A DNA stretch of 64,000 bases from Torpedo marmorata (lineage: Eukaryota): NCBI GenBank assembly GCA_977017645.1, contig OZ360219.1:253766001-253830000 (forward strand), in the 5' to 3' direction. Below the pieces are notes generated by a model. It saw nothing but the letters and a program-made list of their open reading frames with translations, was not told the DNA's origin and searched no databases. Below, one piece after another: positions 1 through 12,010 of the stretch. How positions within the stretch are numbered: position 1 is the first letter of the stretch; each line of letters starts with the position of its first letter. A program made the translations under genes and the position numbers.

Positions 1-958
1 ACCGGCCTCCAATTTTACAAACAATTTTCCACCACTACTCTCTGGCATCTCCTATCCAACCATTGTTGAATCCATTTCACTACTTCGTCGTTAATACCTA
101 ATGCTTGAACCTTCCTAATGAGCCTCTTATGCGGAACCTTATCAAATGACTTACTAAAGTCCATATAGACAACATCAACAGCCTTCCCCTCGTCAACCCT
201 CTTAGTAACCTCATCGAAAAACTCTATGAGATTTGTCAAACATGATCTACCACGAACAAAACCGTGTTGACTACTCCTAATCAATGCTTGTCTTTCCAAA
301 TAACTGTATACACCATCTCTAAGAACACTCTCCATTAATTTACCCACCACCGATGTCAGACTCACAGGCCTATAATTTCCAGGTTTACTTTTGGAGCCCT
401 TCTTAAACAGCGGGACAACATGAGTTACCCTCCAATCCTCCGGCACCTCCCCCGTGGCCAGTGACATTTTAAATATTTCTGTCAGAGCCCCCACTATTTG
501 AACACTAACCTCCCTCAAGGTCCTCGGGAATATCCTGTCAGGACCTGGAGATTTATCTACCTTTATACTCTTTAAAATAGCCAATACTACCTCCTTATTA
601 ATCTTTATATTATCCATGACCTCCCTGCCAGATTGCCTTTCTTCACCTGGCTCAATATTCCTTTCCTTTGTAAATACTGAAGAAAAAAATTCATTTAAAA
701 TCTCCCCCATCTCCTCTGACTTCTCACATAGCCTACCCGTCTGATCCTCAATGGGCCCAATTTTATCCCTCACTATTCTTTTGCTTTTAATGTACCTGTA
801 GAAACCCTTTGGATTTATTTTTACCTTGCCTGCCAAAGCAGCCTCATATCTCCTTTTAGCCTTTCTAATTTCTTTCTTAAGATTTTTTTTACACTCCTTA
901 TATTCCTCAAGGACCTCATCTATTCCCTGCTGTCTATACCTGTTGTACACATCCCTCA
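1..958 (-). mobile_element. CR1 LINE ORF2 fragment (RT N-terminal part)
   Basis: ORF 15..989 has KSPGPDRI, PEDWR, NYRPVSLTSVVGK, QHGF, YMDFSK motifs. Closely similar to 16610-17520. Confidence 0.93.
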
Positions 959-989
959 TGATGTGCTGACCTATGTAAACCCACTCCAC

Positions 990-2255
990 AACAATCTAAT
1001 CCTTCCCTACCTCACACTTAGAACCCTCTATTTTTCTTACATCCATGTGCCTATCTAAGAGTCTTTTAAATGTCCCTATTGTACCAGCCTCCACAACCAC
1101 CCTTAGCAATGCATTCAAGGCACCTGTGTGTAAAAACTTTACCTCACAGCTTCCCTAAACTTTCTTCCACCCACCTTAAACGGATGTCCTCTGGTATTTG
1201 CTATTGTTATCCTAGAGAAAAGATGCTGGCTGTCCACCCTATCTATGCCCCTTGTAATATTATATACAGTAGAAGTCCAAAAATCTGGATGCCAGAAATC
1301 CGGACCAACTGAGAATCCGGACTTTACGAAAACTCTCAAACTTTTAAAATTTAGTGGGCCTTTGTGTATGCATAAGTGCCACAGATGCACAGCGGCAACA
1401 AGCGACAACGCTTGTTGACTTTATTTTTCTTTAAAACTGCTCATTTTGATAAATGAAGCATGCTGTATTTACTAATGAATAAACTATCAAAATTTACATG
1501 TTCATCTCTTCTTTATTCCTCCTTAAATTTGAATTTTAAAAGTACTGTCCAAGAATCCAGAAAATCCAGACCGACCCAATCCCCAAGCAGACCGGATTTT
1601 AGGACCTCTACTGTACCTCAATTAAATCACCTCTCATCCTTTATCCCTCCAAAGAGAAAATTCCTTGTTCTGTCAACCTTGCTTCATAAGACATATTCTT
1701 CAATCCAGACAACATCCTGATAAAGCTCCTCTGCACCCTCTCTAAATCAGTTACATCCTCCCTATAATGAAGCGACCAGAACTGAATGAAATACTCCAAA
1801 CTGTGGTCTAACCAGAGTTTTATAGAGCTGCAACATTACCTCATGGCTCCTGAATTCAATCCCCTGACTAATGAAGGCCAGCAAACCATGTGCCTTCTTA
1901 ACCACTCTGTCAACTTGCGTGGCAACCTTGAGGGATCTATGGACTTAGACCCCATGATCCCTATGTTCCTTCACACTGTTAAGAATCCTGTCATTAACCA
2001 TGCACTCTGCCTTCAAGTTTAACCTTCCAAAGGCATTCACTTCACACTTATCTGGATTGAATTTCATCTGTCACTTTTCCTTCCACTTTGCATCCTGTCT
2101 AACCTAGAAAGTCCTGACAAACTTCTACACTATCCATCACATCAGCAACCTTCGTGTCATCTTCAGTTACTGACCCACCACTCGACTTCTTTGTCCGAGT
2201 CATTTATAAAAATCACAAATAGAAGGGGTCCCAAAACAGATCCTCCAGGCAGAAT
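990..2255 (-). mobile_element. CR1 LINE 3' fragment, degenerate, interrupted by a MITE and a Rex1 copy (resumes ~4075-4135)
   Basis: TRGH(P)FK motif and CR1 RT C-terminal DNA similarity. Continuation WIWNWLACRKQVVV after the Rex1 copy. Confidence 0.8.
1267..1613. mobile_element. Tc1/mariner (pogo/Tigger-like) MITE
   Basis: TIRs CAGTAGAAGTCCAAAAATCTGG and CCGGATTTTAGGACCTCTACTG, flanked by TA on both sides. Confidence 0.85.
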
Positions 2256-2256
2256 A

Positions 2257-4075
2257 TGTCAAGTCAAGTCAAGTTTATTGTCATCTGATTGTACAAGTAT
2301 GACCCGACGAAACAGCATTCTCCGTCCTCAGTGCAAAACATGCAAACATACAACCAGACATAACACACATACAGACAAACAGTACATATGCAGGGCAATT
2401 ATTTCATCTATACAAATAAATAAATAAATAAATAGATATCGTTTTGTACATATGAGAGTTTCGGATGGTTAGTGTGAGCAGTTCCTTTGGTCATTCAGCA
2501 TTCTCACTGCCCGTGTGAAGCAGCTGTTCCTCAGCCTGGTGGTGCTGGCTCTGATACTCCCGTATCTCTTCCCCGACGGGATCAACTGAAAGATGCTGTG
2601 TGCAGGGTGGAAGGGGTCCTCAATGATTTTGCGCGCCTTCTTCAGATAACGATCCCAGTAGATCGCGTCGATGGGGGTGAGGGAGACTCCAGTGATCCTC
2701 TCTGCCACTTTTATGGTCCTGTGGATTGACCTCTGATCCATTTCTCTGCAGCAACCGTACCACACTGTGATGCAGCCAGCCAGGACGCTCTCGATAGAGC
2801 TCCTATAGAAGGTTGACATAATGGTGGCCGGTAGCCTTGCCCGCTTCATTCTTCTCAGGAATGCAGTCGCTGTTGCGCCTTCCTGACAAGTGAGGAGATA
2901 TTAAGTGTCCACGATAGGTCACTAGTTAAGTGAACTCCAAGGAACTTGGTGCTCTTCACTCTCTCTACTTCAGAGTTGTTGATGTGTAGTGGAGGGTGGT
3001 CGTTCCTGGTCCTCCTGAAGTCCACGATCATCTCCTTTGTCTTGTCCATATTGAAACTCAGGTTGTTACTCTCGCACCATTTCACGAGATTTTCCACCTC
3101 TTCTCTGTAGTGCGACTCAATGTTGTTGCTGATGAGGCCAACTACTGTCGTGTCATCTGCAAACCTGATGACACTGTTGGAGCTGGATCTGGCGATGCAG
3201 TCATGGGTCAGTAGCGTGAACAGGAGTGGGCTAAGCACACAGCCCTGAGGTGCGCGAGTGCTCAGTGTGATGGTGCTCAACTTTCTGCTACCGACCCGGA
3301 CAGACTGTGGTCTTTCCGTTAGGAAGTCCAGGATCCAGTTACAGAGAGGGGTGTTGAGTCCCAGCGAGGACAGCTTCTCCACCAGCCTCTGGGGAATGAT
3401 CATATTAAACGCCGAACTGAAGTTAATGAACAGCAGCCTGGCGTATGAAGCGTCGTTCTCCAGGTGGGCTAGGACGGAGTGAAGTGACTGGCTATAGCAT
3501 CGTCTGTGGAACGGTTTTTTCCATAGGTGAATTGAAATGGATCCAGTGTCTCTGGAAGGTGTGCTTTGATGCATTTCAACACCAGATGCTCGAAGCATTT
3601 CATAATGGTGGAGGTCATTGCCACAGGGCGGTAGTCATTGAGGGCTGATATTGTCGCCCTCTTGGGTACCAGGATGATGGTGGTTGTCTTGAACCTTGCG
3701 GGAACTATGGACTTCTGCAATGAGGTGTTGAAGTTGTCCGTGAAGACATCTGTCAATTGGTCTGGGCAGTCCTTCAGTACCCGACCAGGTATGTTGTCTG
3801 GTCTCGCCCTGGTTGTGGAGCATTTGATCTCGGTGACATCCTCAATGTACTTGCTGGTGTAGCCAGTCACTGAGCTCATGTACTCCTCTATGTTTACATG
3901 ACCATTGTAGGTGGCTGCCTCCCTGAAACAGCTCCAGTCCGTGGTCTCAAAACAGTCTTGCAGCCCTGCTGTGGCCCCCACACTCCCCCACACCCCCCCC
4001 CACCCACACTGGCCACGTCCTGATCTCCCTGCGATCTGACCTAGTTTTTTTTGCTAGCGGTCTGTAGGTCTGTAC
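2257..4075 (-). mobile_element. Rex1/Babar-type non-LTR retrotransposon, 5'-truncated and frameshifted
   Basis: ORFs with [43 protein letters not shown] and FYRSSIESVL. 3' tail AATAAA(CTTGA)n at ~2257-2280. Confidence 0.9.
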
Positions 4076-4199
4076 GCCATCCACTACTACCTGCTTTCTG
4101 CAAGCAAGCCAATTCCAAATCCAAGCAGCCAAGGATAAAAAAAAACAATAGTATACATTAAGTTAAAATAGATAATAAATACAAAAGATAGATAGCTAA

Positions 4200-4670
4200 T
4201 AATCACTTCTCAGCCTGCTGCATTCCAATGACAATGCACCCAAACTATCCAATTCCTCCTGATAACTACACTCCTCCATTCCAGGAAACATCCTGGTGAA
4301 TCTCTTCTACAGTCTCTCTATTGCTACTGCATTCCCCTTGTAGTGTGCTGACAAGAACTGTATGCAATACTCTGATTGCAGTTTAACCAATGTGGCGTAA
4401 AAATAATATTCTCAATGCCTTGGCCAATGAAGGCAATCATACCAAGTGGCTTCCTCACTACCCTATACACTTGTGTTACCTTTTTCAGTCAGCTATGGAC
4501 ATGCACCCTTAAGCCCCTCCGTATATCAACACTCTTCATGTCCCAACCATTAATTCCATATATCTTATCAGAACTTGACTTCCAAGATGGCTTTACTATA
4601 CACTTGTTTGGGTTAAGTTCCATCTGCCACCACTCTGCCCAACTTTTCAGCTGATCTGTCCAACTGTATC
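4200..4670 (-). mobile_element. Old CR1 fragment
   Basis: Degenerate DNA similarity to the RT C-terminal region of the CR1 at 15.8-16.4 kb. Confidence 0.65.
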
Positions 4671-4797
4671 TTTAAACTTAATCCTTTGCAGGATGTTTAG
4701 TTCATTCATCCCCTCTCTACTCTCTGACCTACCTTAAATGGTTGAATTTAAAATTCCCATTGTTATGTTTAATTCCCTTCATTGCCTCTCATCTCCA

Positions 4798-5195
4798 CTC
4801 AGATACTCAGATTCTATTTATTGTCATATAATAAAACACAAAATTGCCTTTACTCTGCCATAAGGCAAAGATTCGCCATTAGCATTGCCCATCGCCCCTT
4901 ACAGTCAGAGAAAGAAAAGCAAAAGAGAGTTCCCTCAGAGTCACTGAGTGTCCGTGGATTTGCCTCCAGTTCTCTCACAGCCTCTGCAGCCGCACAAGAC
5001 TCCAGTTTAGTTCAAACTATCGGCAACCCGAACCCAGATCCAATCCTCCAACATGATGAGGAAGCCTTCAGCGCTGAGGGCCCTTCGGGAGCCCTTCTTG
5101 CCCTCAGCATCCTCTCGAATCCCAGTTCTAATACCTGGTTCTCATGAACCAGTCTCCAGTAGCCGGCAGCCTAGTGTGAATCCTTTCACCTCAAA
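4798..5195 (-). mobile_element. 5'-truncated copy of the non-autonomous element at 24780-25625
   Basis: Shares ttacagtcagagaaagagaagcaaaagagagt...cagcctc...gatacctgg with 24880-25150. Confidence 0.75.
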
Positions 5196-5751
5196 TCACC
5201 ATTTTCCAGTCATATAATCTTCTAAACTTTGTACCTTTACAACCCAGGCCTCTGGTCCAACATCTTTATTTCTTTGGCAGTTGTTACTTAGATTCTTACT
5301 CCTCAGTCTTGGAATTTCCCCACCTACCCCCCGCCTTCCCCCCTCTCCCCCCCCCCCCCCACTCCACACTGTCCCTCCCTCTCTTCTTTCAACCTGCCTC
5401 TTGCACTTATTTGAATATTCCATTCTTTGTCTTAGAGACACCTTTTTGTTTGGGTAGCCACACATGATGTACCTTGGAATAGTTACCTTTCTTAAAGCAC
5501 TAGATCATTGCAAACAATTGTTGCAGCAAGTGCATCATCTTTCCTGATCACTGTTTGCACAGTTGTATAGAAGGATGTAAGAAATAAAAGCATTTGACCC
5601 AATGTGACCCAACATTTGGGAAGAGCAAATCTGATCTTATCCCAAGGTGTTGTCCATTGAAATGCTTTCTGTTGCCATTAGATTTCAGTGCTATATTTGT
5701 TTATAAAAACAAAGAGGCCATTCAATACGAGCTGCAGAATTCTATCAATTC

Positions 5752-5991
5752 CATTCCTCCTCCCCACATTTCCCTGCACCCCGTAACCTCTCCCACTCAT
5801 CCTCTCCGTACTTCCCTATATCCCATAACCTCTCCCCTTCCTCCTCTCTGTACTTCTCTGTACCCCGTAACTATCCCATTCCTCCTCTCCATATTTCCCT
5901 TTATCCTGTAACTTCTCCCCTTCCTCCTCTCCCTACTTCCCTGTATCCCATAACCTATCCCATTCCTCCTCTCCACATTTCCCTGTACCCT
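5752..5991. repeat. Pyrimidine-rich minisatellite, ~42 bp unit, ~5.5 copies
   Basis: Unit approximately ttccctgtatcccataacctctccccttcctcctctccgtac, repeated with substitutions. Confidence 0.85.
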
Positions 5992-6059
5992 ATTCTCACT
6001 TTAAAAAATTCTCAGACAGCCTATCCACTCCCAATTTGACTCTTTTGCCACTAACATCA

Positions 6060-6249
6060 ACGTAGGGTGATTCACAGTGGCAATAACCTACCAGCAAATC
6101 TCTGGGATCTGGCAGGAAACTAAAGCACCAAATGGAAACCCATGCAATCATACTGAGAAGGTACAAACTCACGTAGATAGCACCGGAGGTCAGAATCATA
6201 CCTGGTTCCCTGGAGCTGCGAGGCAACAGCACTAACCGCTGCACCACCA
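6060..6249 (-). mobile_element. tRNA-derived V-SINE, old copy
   Basis: Minus strand GGTGGTGCAGCGGTTAGTGCTG head and tgggtttcc...gtttcc V-domain. Confidence 0.7.
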
Positions 6250-6359
6250 GGCAACGATGTTTCTTGGTTGAACTGGAGCATCATGAGCTCCGAACAAAAT
6301 TGTATGGAACAGTGTAGGAAACCCTCATGGAGCTTTTTGCCTTGAGACTGCATGATTTT

Positions 6360-6832
6360 TGTGCCAAGAAAGGAACTACTGGCATTGGAGGAAGCCCAAA
6401 AGAGATTCACCAGCCCATCATGAATGGCTATAGATGTTGGATTTGTATTTTTTGGAGTTGAGAAAAATGAAAAGTGATTTTATGGAAACAAATCAGGGGG
6501 CATGACAAGGTAGATGTTGAGAAGTTTCTGCTAGAGGGAGAATCTCAAACTGTTGGATATAGTTAAAAATTAGGGACAGTCATTTAAAACTAAGATACAT
6601 AGTGTTTTTTTTCCACCAGAAGGAGGTGATCTATAATTTTCCACTGTCGAGGCTTGTAGGGTCAAGACTAATGGAGGTATTTAAAGGGGAAGTAGATATA
6701 TTTTTGGAAGATATGCTAATTGATGGCTATGGGGAACTGGCACAGAAGAAAAGATGAGGCCTAGAGCAGATCAGCCATGCTCACATTGGATAGTGGGGCA
6801 GTCTCGATATGCCTGATGGCCTACTCCTGATC
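6360..6832 (+). mobile_element. Old CR1 3' end
   Basis: gatcagccatg...gatggcctactcctg CR1-type 3'UTR preceded by degenerate ORF2 tail. Confidence 0.7.
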
Positions 6833-7067
6833 CTTACAGTTTTTTGCACTCCCCATTGTGAGATCGAGGGGCGTCAGGGAAATCTTTCAATGATGTGACA
6901 ACTTGGACCATCTCTAAAGATAGAACCACCTTCTGGACTCCAATGCAGTTGTAAATTAATAAAGCCATGCATGAGAAGCTGTTTGCATCTACGTCAGCTG
7001 AATGAGCAGTCAGTGCTGGTGCAAACAGATCCAAAAGAGGCCAAGGATACTTTTTCTTAAACTGTGC

Positions 7068-7073
7068 TTTATT
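7068..7073 (-). terminator. Polyadenylation signal AATAAA (distal)
   Basis: Minus strand CTAAATAAAGCACAG at the end of the transposon-free UTR block. Confidence 0.5.
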
Positions 7074-7573
7074 TAGGGCTAAGCTGAAAAGCGTCATCCA
7101 GTACTTACATGAAGATTACAATTGTTTCTAGGTAACTGAGAGTGAAGAGAGCAGTCTTGTTATAACTGTACACCACATTAGATTAGGTATACAGTACTTC
7201 TTTTTTTAGAAAAAATATTACATAAACTAAAATTATAGAAAAAGAAGATGAATAGAATTTGGAAAAGTTATCAAAATGAATGTGTTTAAAAAAATCTACA
7301 AGCAATAAATAAAAATGATAATAAAACAATGCAGCTGCCAATCATAATGCTGGCATTTGTAAATTAATTTAAAATGTAGCTTCTCTCTGAAACAACAATA
7401 AATATCAGAATAAATAATTCATAAATAAATTGTCTTCAGATTTTACAGCATTCAACACAGTGCTTTTTTCAACTGCTCCATTACATCAGTTACCAAAGAT
7501 AAATACCGTGCTTTCATTAAATAGTTTCCTTTTTTCTCAATCAGTACAGTAAAAGTCCTACAAAATATGCAAA

Positions 7574-7579
7574 TTTATT
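7574..7579 (-). terminator. Polyadenylation signal AATAAA (proximal)
   Basis: Minus strand TGTAAATAAATTTGC within the terminal exon. Confidence 0.5.
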
Positions 7580-8626
7580 TACATAAAACAGAGCCAGAAC
7601 CTTTTCAACATTCTCTGTTTTTTTTACCTCCTGTAAACAGCAGAGATTCTCTCTTATTGTTTTGTTACAGATTCAGTGTTAGATAGTTGGGAGTCAGGAC
7701 TTTGCGCTGGCCCTGAAGTTTGCTTGCTTAGTTTTTGAACATGAGAGAGTACTATCATTTTGGGTGGAGGTTGTTAGGAGTTTTGCTTAGAGCAGGTCTT
7801 GGTGATGTCAAGCAGGTTTTCCAGACGAATGTGTATCTACTCCGAGTCCTCACTAACGCTCGGTAGATATTCAAATCCATGGTTTGCTGCAATGTTTACA
7901 ATAGTTTCCGTTTTTGTGTTTTTTTTAATATATTTTTATTTTTTTTTATTGTAGCTGGAATGATTGCAGTCAAAGAGCTGCCAGTGTGGCTTATCTACTG
8001 TCAGTATTTAACAGCATCAGATTGCTATTGGCAGTATATGAACTTATGCTCATCTAAATTCTACAAAATTACAATTCTACAGGATTTCTTTTTTAGCAGT
8101 AACGCTAACCTCTATTTTTTGCATTTTATGTCTAATTTTTTTTAATATTTTTATATTGGTAATTTAAAAGTTTTATTACTCTGTACACCTATTGAGTTTC
8201 TTTTTTAAGGGAAGGTTAAGAACACAATGAACCATTTTCAAGCAATAATTCTATTTCCAAAATAGTCCTCACTCAGTATTTTTTTTGCTTCCCACAGATC
8301 ACAGTTAAGCCAATCTCAAATGTTCAGTCCTCACGAAAGTTACAGAAAACCATATGAAAACTACTTACTTGAATTAATGATACCAAAGTGCTTCCCAAAG
8401 TATCAAAGAACTACAACCTTGCTTAATTAAAAGCAGTTATGTATGTATTATTATTGTTATTATTAGTTTACTTTTTTACAATTCAAGGTAAACGCTTCAG
8501 ACTGTTTTAGGAACAGTGAGAAAAGGAAAGAAATCCATAATTTACATACGACTACAAGTCTGCAATAAAAAGTTTGGTCCTTTGGTCCCTAAAATACCTA
8601 AGGAATGAAAGATACTTATAGTGATT

Positions 8627-8668
8627 GTTGCCATGTGTGACCATGGCAACTGTATCCATGATGACAAC
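8627..8668. promoter_or_regulatory. RFX X-box-like palindromic cluster
   Basis: GTGACC-AT-GGCAAC (8637-8650) fits GTNRCC(N0-3)RGYAAC and is embedded in the inverted repeat GTTGCCATG-n6-CATGGCAAC. Confidence 0.4.
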
Positions 8669-11600
8669 AGGCACTCCTTATCAACTTGTTGCTCTAAAAG
8701 CTCCTAGTATCTTTTTTTTTACATACTTTCTCCTTTCAGGCGTTCAAAACTCATCCTTCAGCAGAAGTGATACATTTTGAAGAGACTTAACAGTCTAAAC
8801 AATCAGAGCAGTCAAAGATAAAAGTCTGAAGAAGTCTTCAGCTTGATTGGCGTATGCTGATATGTCCAAAGGTTTATTTAACAGTACTTTTATTATTTTT
8901 TTTGTACATGCGGTCCTCTCCAGTTTCCGCCCTGAAAGAGGAAGACAAGAAAAAGCATATCAGAGATGGAGTATGAATGCAGATATCTACACTAATAATG
9001 CTTTAAAGTAAATATTATCTAAAGAAACAGCATCCTGCCTTTTCTGCCTTCAATCTGAAGATGACTTCCGCTAAACATTCTTTTTTGTGACTCTTCAGCC
9101 TTTTCAAAATATCAAACGATTTAAATATTTGCCTGTATGTGTTTGTGCGATGAAAAGAAAACACCTGGATTTTGTACAGAAGTGTCACAAGTTATGTAGG
9201 TAATTACTGACTCCCCCACAAACAACTGAATGCTACTTTTGGTTGGCCACACTTATGTGGAAGTCCTGAAGTTGCAGTCAGATGTTTGTGGTTGCATTCC
9301 AAATGTGATCCAAAGAAGACTTCCCATTGAAAACTCTGAACTCATGCAGCAGGAAACCATGTGGGCACTCTTGTGTCAGACACAGGTCACACTTTTCCAA
9401 TGATGTAATAAAGGCAATATCTGTGAGGGACTTAGGTTATTTTAATGCTGTTTGAGTGTACTAAATGTTATAAATTTAAAAAAAATAAATGTTAATAGAC
9501 TTTGAATATATCTGAATATTTTTGAATGCTTGAAACATTGTGTGTTTGACAGTTTTGAGTCAGCTAAGTTCACTGACTAAAGTGTCTCAATTAATTTTTT
9601 TCCAGACTGGGACTTGTTCTACTGCTACCCCCAAGTGATTAAGCTGAGGATGGCCCATCAATGAGCAGCGTTTTGCTGCCAGAGATCATGGCTGCTGATG
9701 ACTGCAAGTTGGAGGCAATTGCACAAGGCACGCCCAAACTTTGTATAGAAATCAGAGGCAAGTGGAGGTAAGACGCATCTCCCCTGAGATCCCACATCTT
9801 GGGCCATTCAACTTTGTCAGGCAATCTAAGTGTTCAAGTAATTATAGCATCAAGAATAGGCTACATATATTAATGTATTAATCCATCCCATTGGGAATTC
9901 AGGACAAACTTCCATACCAAACAACAGTTAAGAGTGTGGAGCTCATTACAAAAGGAATAGGTGAGAAGAAAAGCAAATATAAATTTAAGGGGATAGACAC
10001 ATGCAGGAAAAAGGTTGGGCCAAAGGTTGATATAAAGAATGGCTGTGTCGAGTAGAAACATCTCCATGAACCAACTGGACAAATAGACTGTTGCTGTGGT
10101 GTAATTAGAAGGTAACTAGGTAATATAAAAAAGTTGACCAAATTCAGCAGCAGCATTTGACAGAAGAAATGACACAGAGAGTCTTGCAGCAAGTACTAAA
10201 CTTGTGCAGGATTAAAGGATTATCATAGGCTACAACCATGGGCAGCCAGCTTGATAAAATCCTATGTGTTGTCTGCGCTGCTGTTGTCAGCTGTAATGAA
10301 ATGGCAATTGCAAGGAATAAAATAGTGGAGAATGTTGCTTAATCTATGGGAGTAAGAATTGTCTGCTTAAACTTCATGAGCCTTTCTTTGCAATGGATTG
10401 TCAGAAGGAATTCAAGCCCTGGTAATAGTGCAACCAAGAGTCAGAAGGTTGAAATCTAGTGTTCGGTGGTGCTTGAGAAGGATCTTCCATATTAGACTAA
10501 ATCTGGAGCATGTGATAAGACAGAAAAGCATAAAATGAATTTAAGAAAATTTATTGAGGCTAGTTTGTAGGTGTGTGTAGATTGATGCCAAGAGAAGAGC
10601 TCACTATCTGTCCTTTCATCAGGAATCAGCCTCAAAAGAGACCTAAAGCTAATGATATATTTAAAAAATAAAAAGCAAAAATAATTGCAGATGCTGGCAA
10701 TTTGAATTCCAAACCAAAAATGCTCAATGAGTCAGGCAGTATTTGTGGACAGAGACAAAGAGTTCATATTTCAAGTCAATGACCCTTATCAAATGAAGAC
10801 AAAATTATAACTCTGTCATTCTCTCCAAAGATGCTGCCTGACCAGTTGAGTATTTTTTAGCAGTTTCTGTTTTTCTTTTACATTTAAAAGTAGCGGCAAG
10901 ACGTAAGAGTGGAGATCAGAAAACATTTTGAGAAGGCTGTAGTATTTGAAAATATATGCTTAAAGAGTTGATTACGGGCACTTTTAGTATTCACCCTTGG
11001 TTGGTCATAGGGATACTGTCTCTTTAAGAAACTCAATTGTATCTTTTAAAAAATGCAATTTTATATTAAATGTTAGAGGTAATATTAATCCAAAGAAAAA
11101 TCTCACATCAGTTCTGTCTACAGCTAGCAGGCAGATTCCGCTTACAGTTTTAATACCATAGATACTAGAACTGCAATGATCCACTTTAGTGGAAGTGACA
11201 TGCAGAATATCAATCCATGCTGGCAGGTTCCCACACTGTTGGTTAAACAAAGAGCAAACCGTACACAGCAATCGAACAATTACAACAGCAAAAATAAAAA
11301 CAATTTCAAAGGACCCTTTTTCAGTTGCACGGAGGAAGCACTATTGTTCTGACTGTTTTACATACTACTGAAAATGAATCTGAAATTGCTGGAATTACTC
11401 AGCCTGATTGGCCATTTTATCTCATTTGTGAAAGTTTGGGTTATGACTGCTAGTGTCCAACTATATATTTTTTTGTCTGAGACACTTCAAATGAAAAAGG
11501 CCCCCTACTCCAAAAAAATAAACAAATCACAATATTTTCAGTGCAAAGAAATCAACCACAAATTTTATTATACAGTTATACCTCGTTTGTATTTTTCTTA

Positions 11601-11936
11601 AAATAAAGGGACTGGGAATCAATGTTTTATGTGACATCTAAATAAGCGAAGAAAGCTGACAGGACTGAAAGAAAATAAAAGAAACCAAAGTAATAATTAT
11701 TATCAAAATAACCACCGCAAACACTAAACTAAAAATGAGCACAGCAAGAATAGTGGCAGCACACAGTTAAAAGGCACATGTGATCATGACTGGCCAATCA
11801 TTAACTGATACAACATCCAAGAAAAATGCTTTCACAGCACCTTCACGAAACTTGACGGCATGTCATGCAACCAATTGTTGAGCTCGTTACATGACGCCAT
11901 CAGATCACACTTTAACTTCTTGTTGACAGAACTTAC

Positions 11937-12010
11937 GCACTGGACCGTTTTCTCCATTTCATTGTTAAGGATACTTTTCTACAGCCTGAGACTGCGGGTT
12001 ATGACTGTCT
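11937..12010 (-). other. CELF4: Candidate non-coding cassette exon within the CELF4 3'UTR intron
   Basis: Pyrimidine tract ttcttttcttcttttgtc, tandem acceptor AAGCAG|AGACAG, consensus donor TGC|gtaagt (11936-11931). Lies in a transposon-free block. Confidence 0.55.

Larger units (their letters stand above)
7050..8931 (-). other. CELF4: CELF4 terminal non-coding exon (3'UTR)
   Basis: Strong acceptor ttttttcttgtcttcctctttcag|GGCGG at 8932/8931. Downstream CCTTTGGACATATCAGC...CAATCAAGCTGAAGACT resembles the start of the mammalian CELF4 last exon (from memory). Transposon-free, AU-rich, with AATAAA at 7574-7579 and 7068-7073. 3' end approximate. Confidence 0.8.

Noticed and set aside
5752-5991. 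CRISPR-like array
   Set aside because: Contiguous degenerate tandem units without unique spacers, in eukaryotic context with no cas genes.
8485-8742. Plus-strand intron-like signals (aag|gtaaac ... tttctcctttcag) suggesting an antisense transcript
   Set aside because: Explained by A-rich tracts of the minus-strand UTR. No other support.
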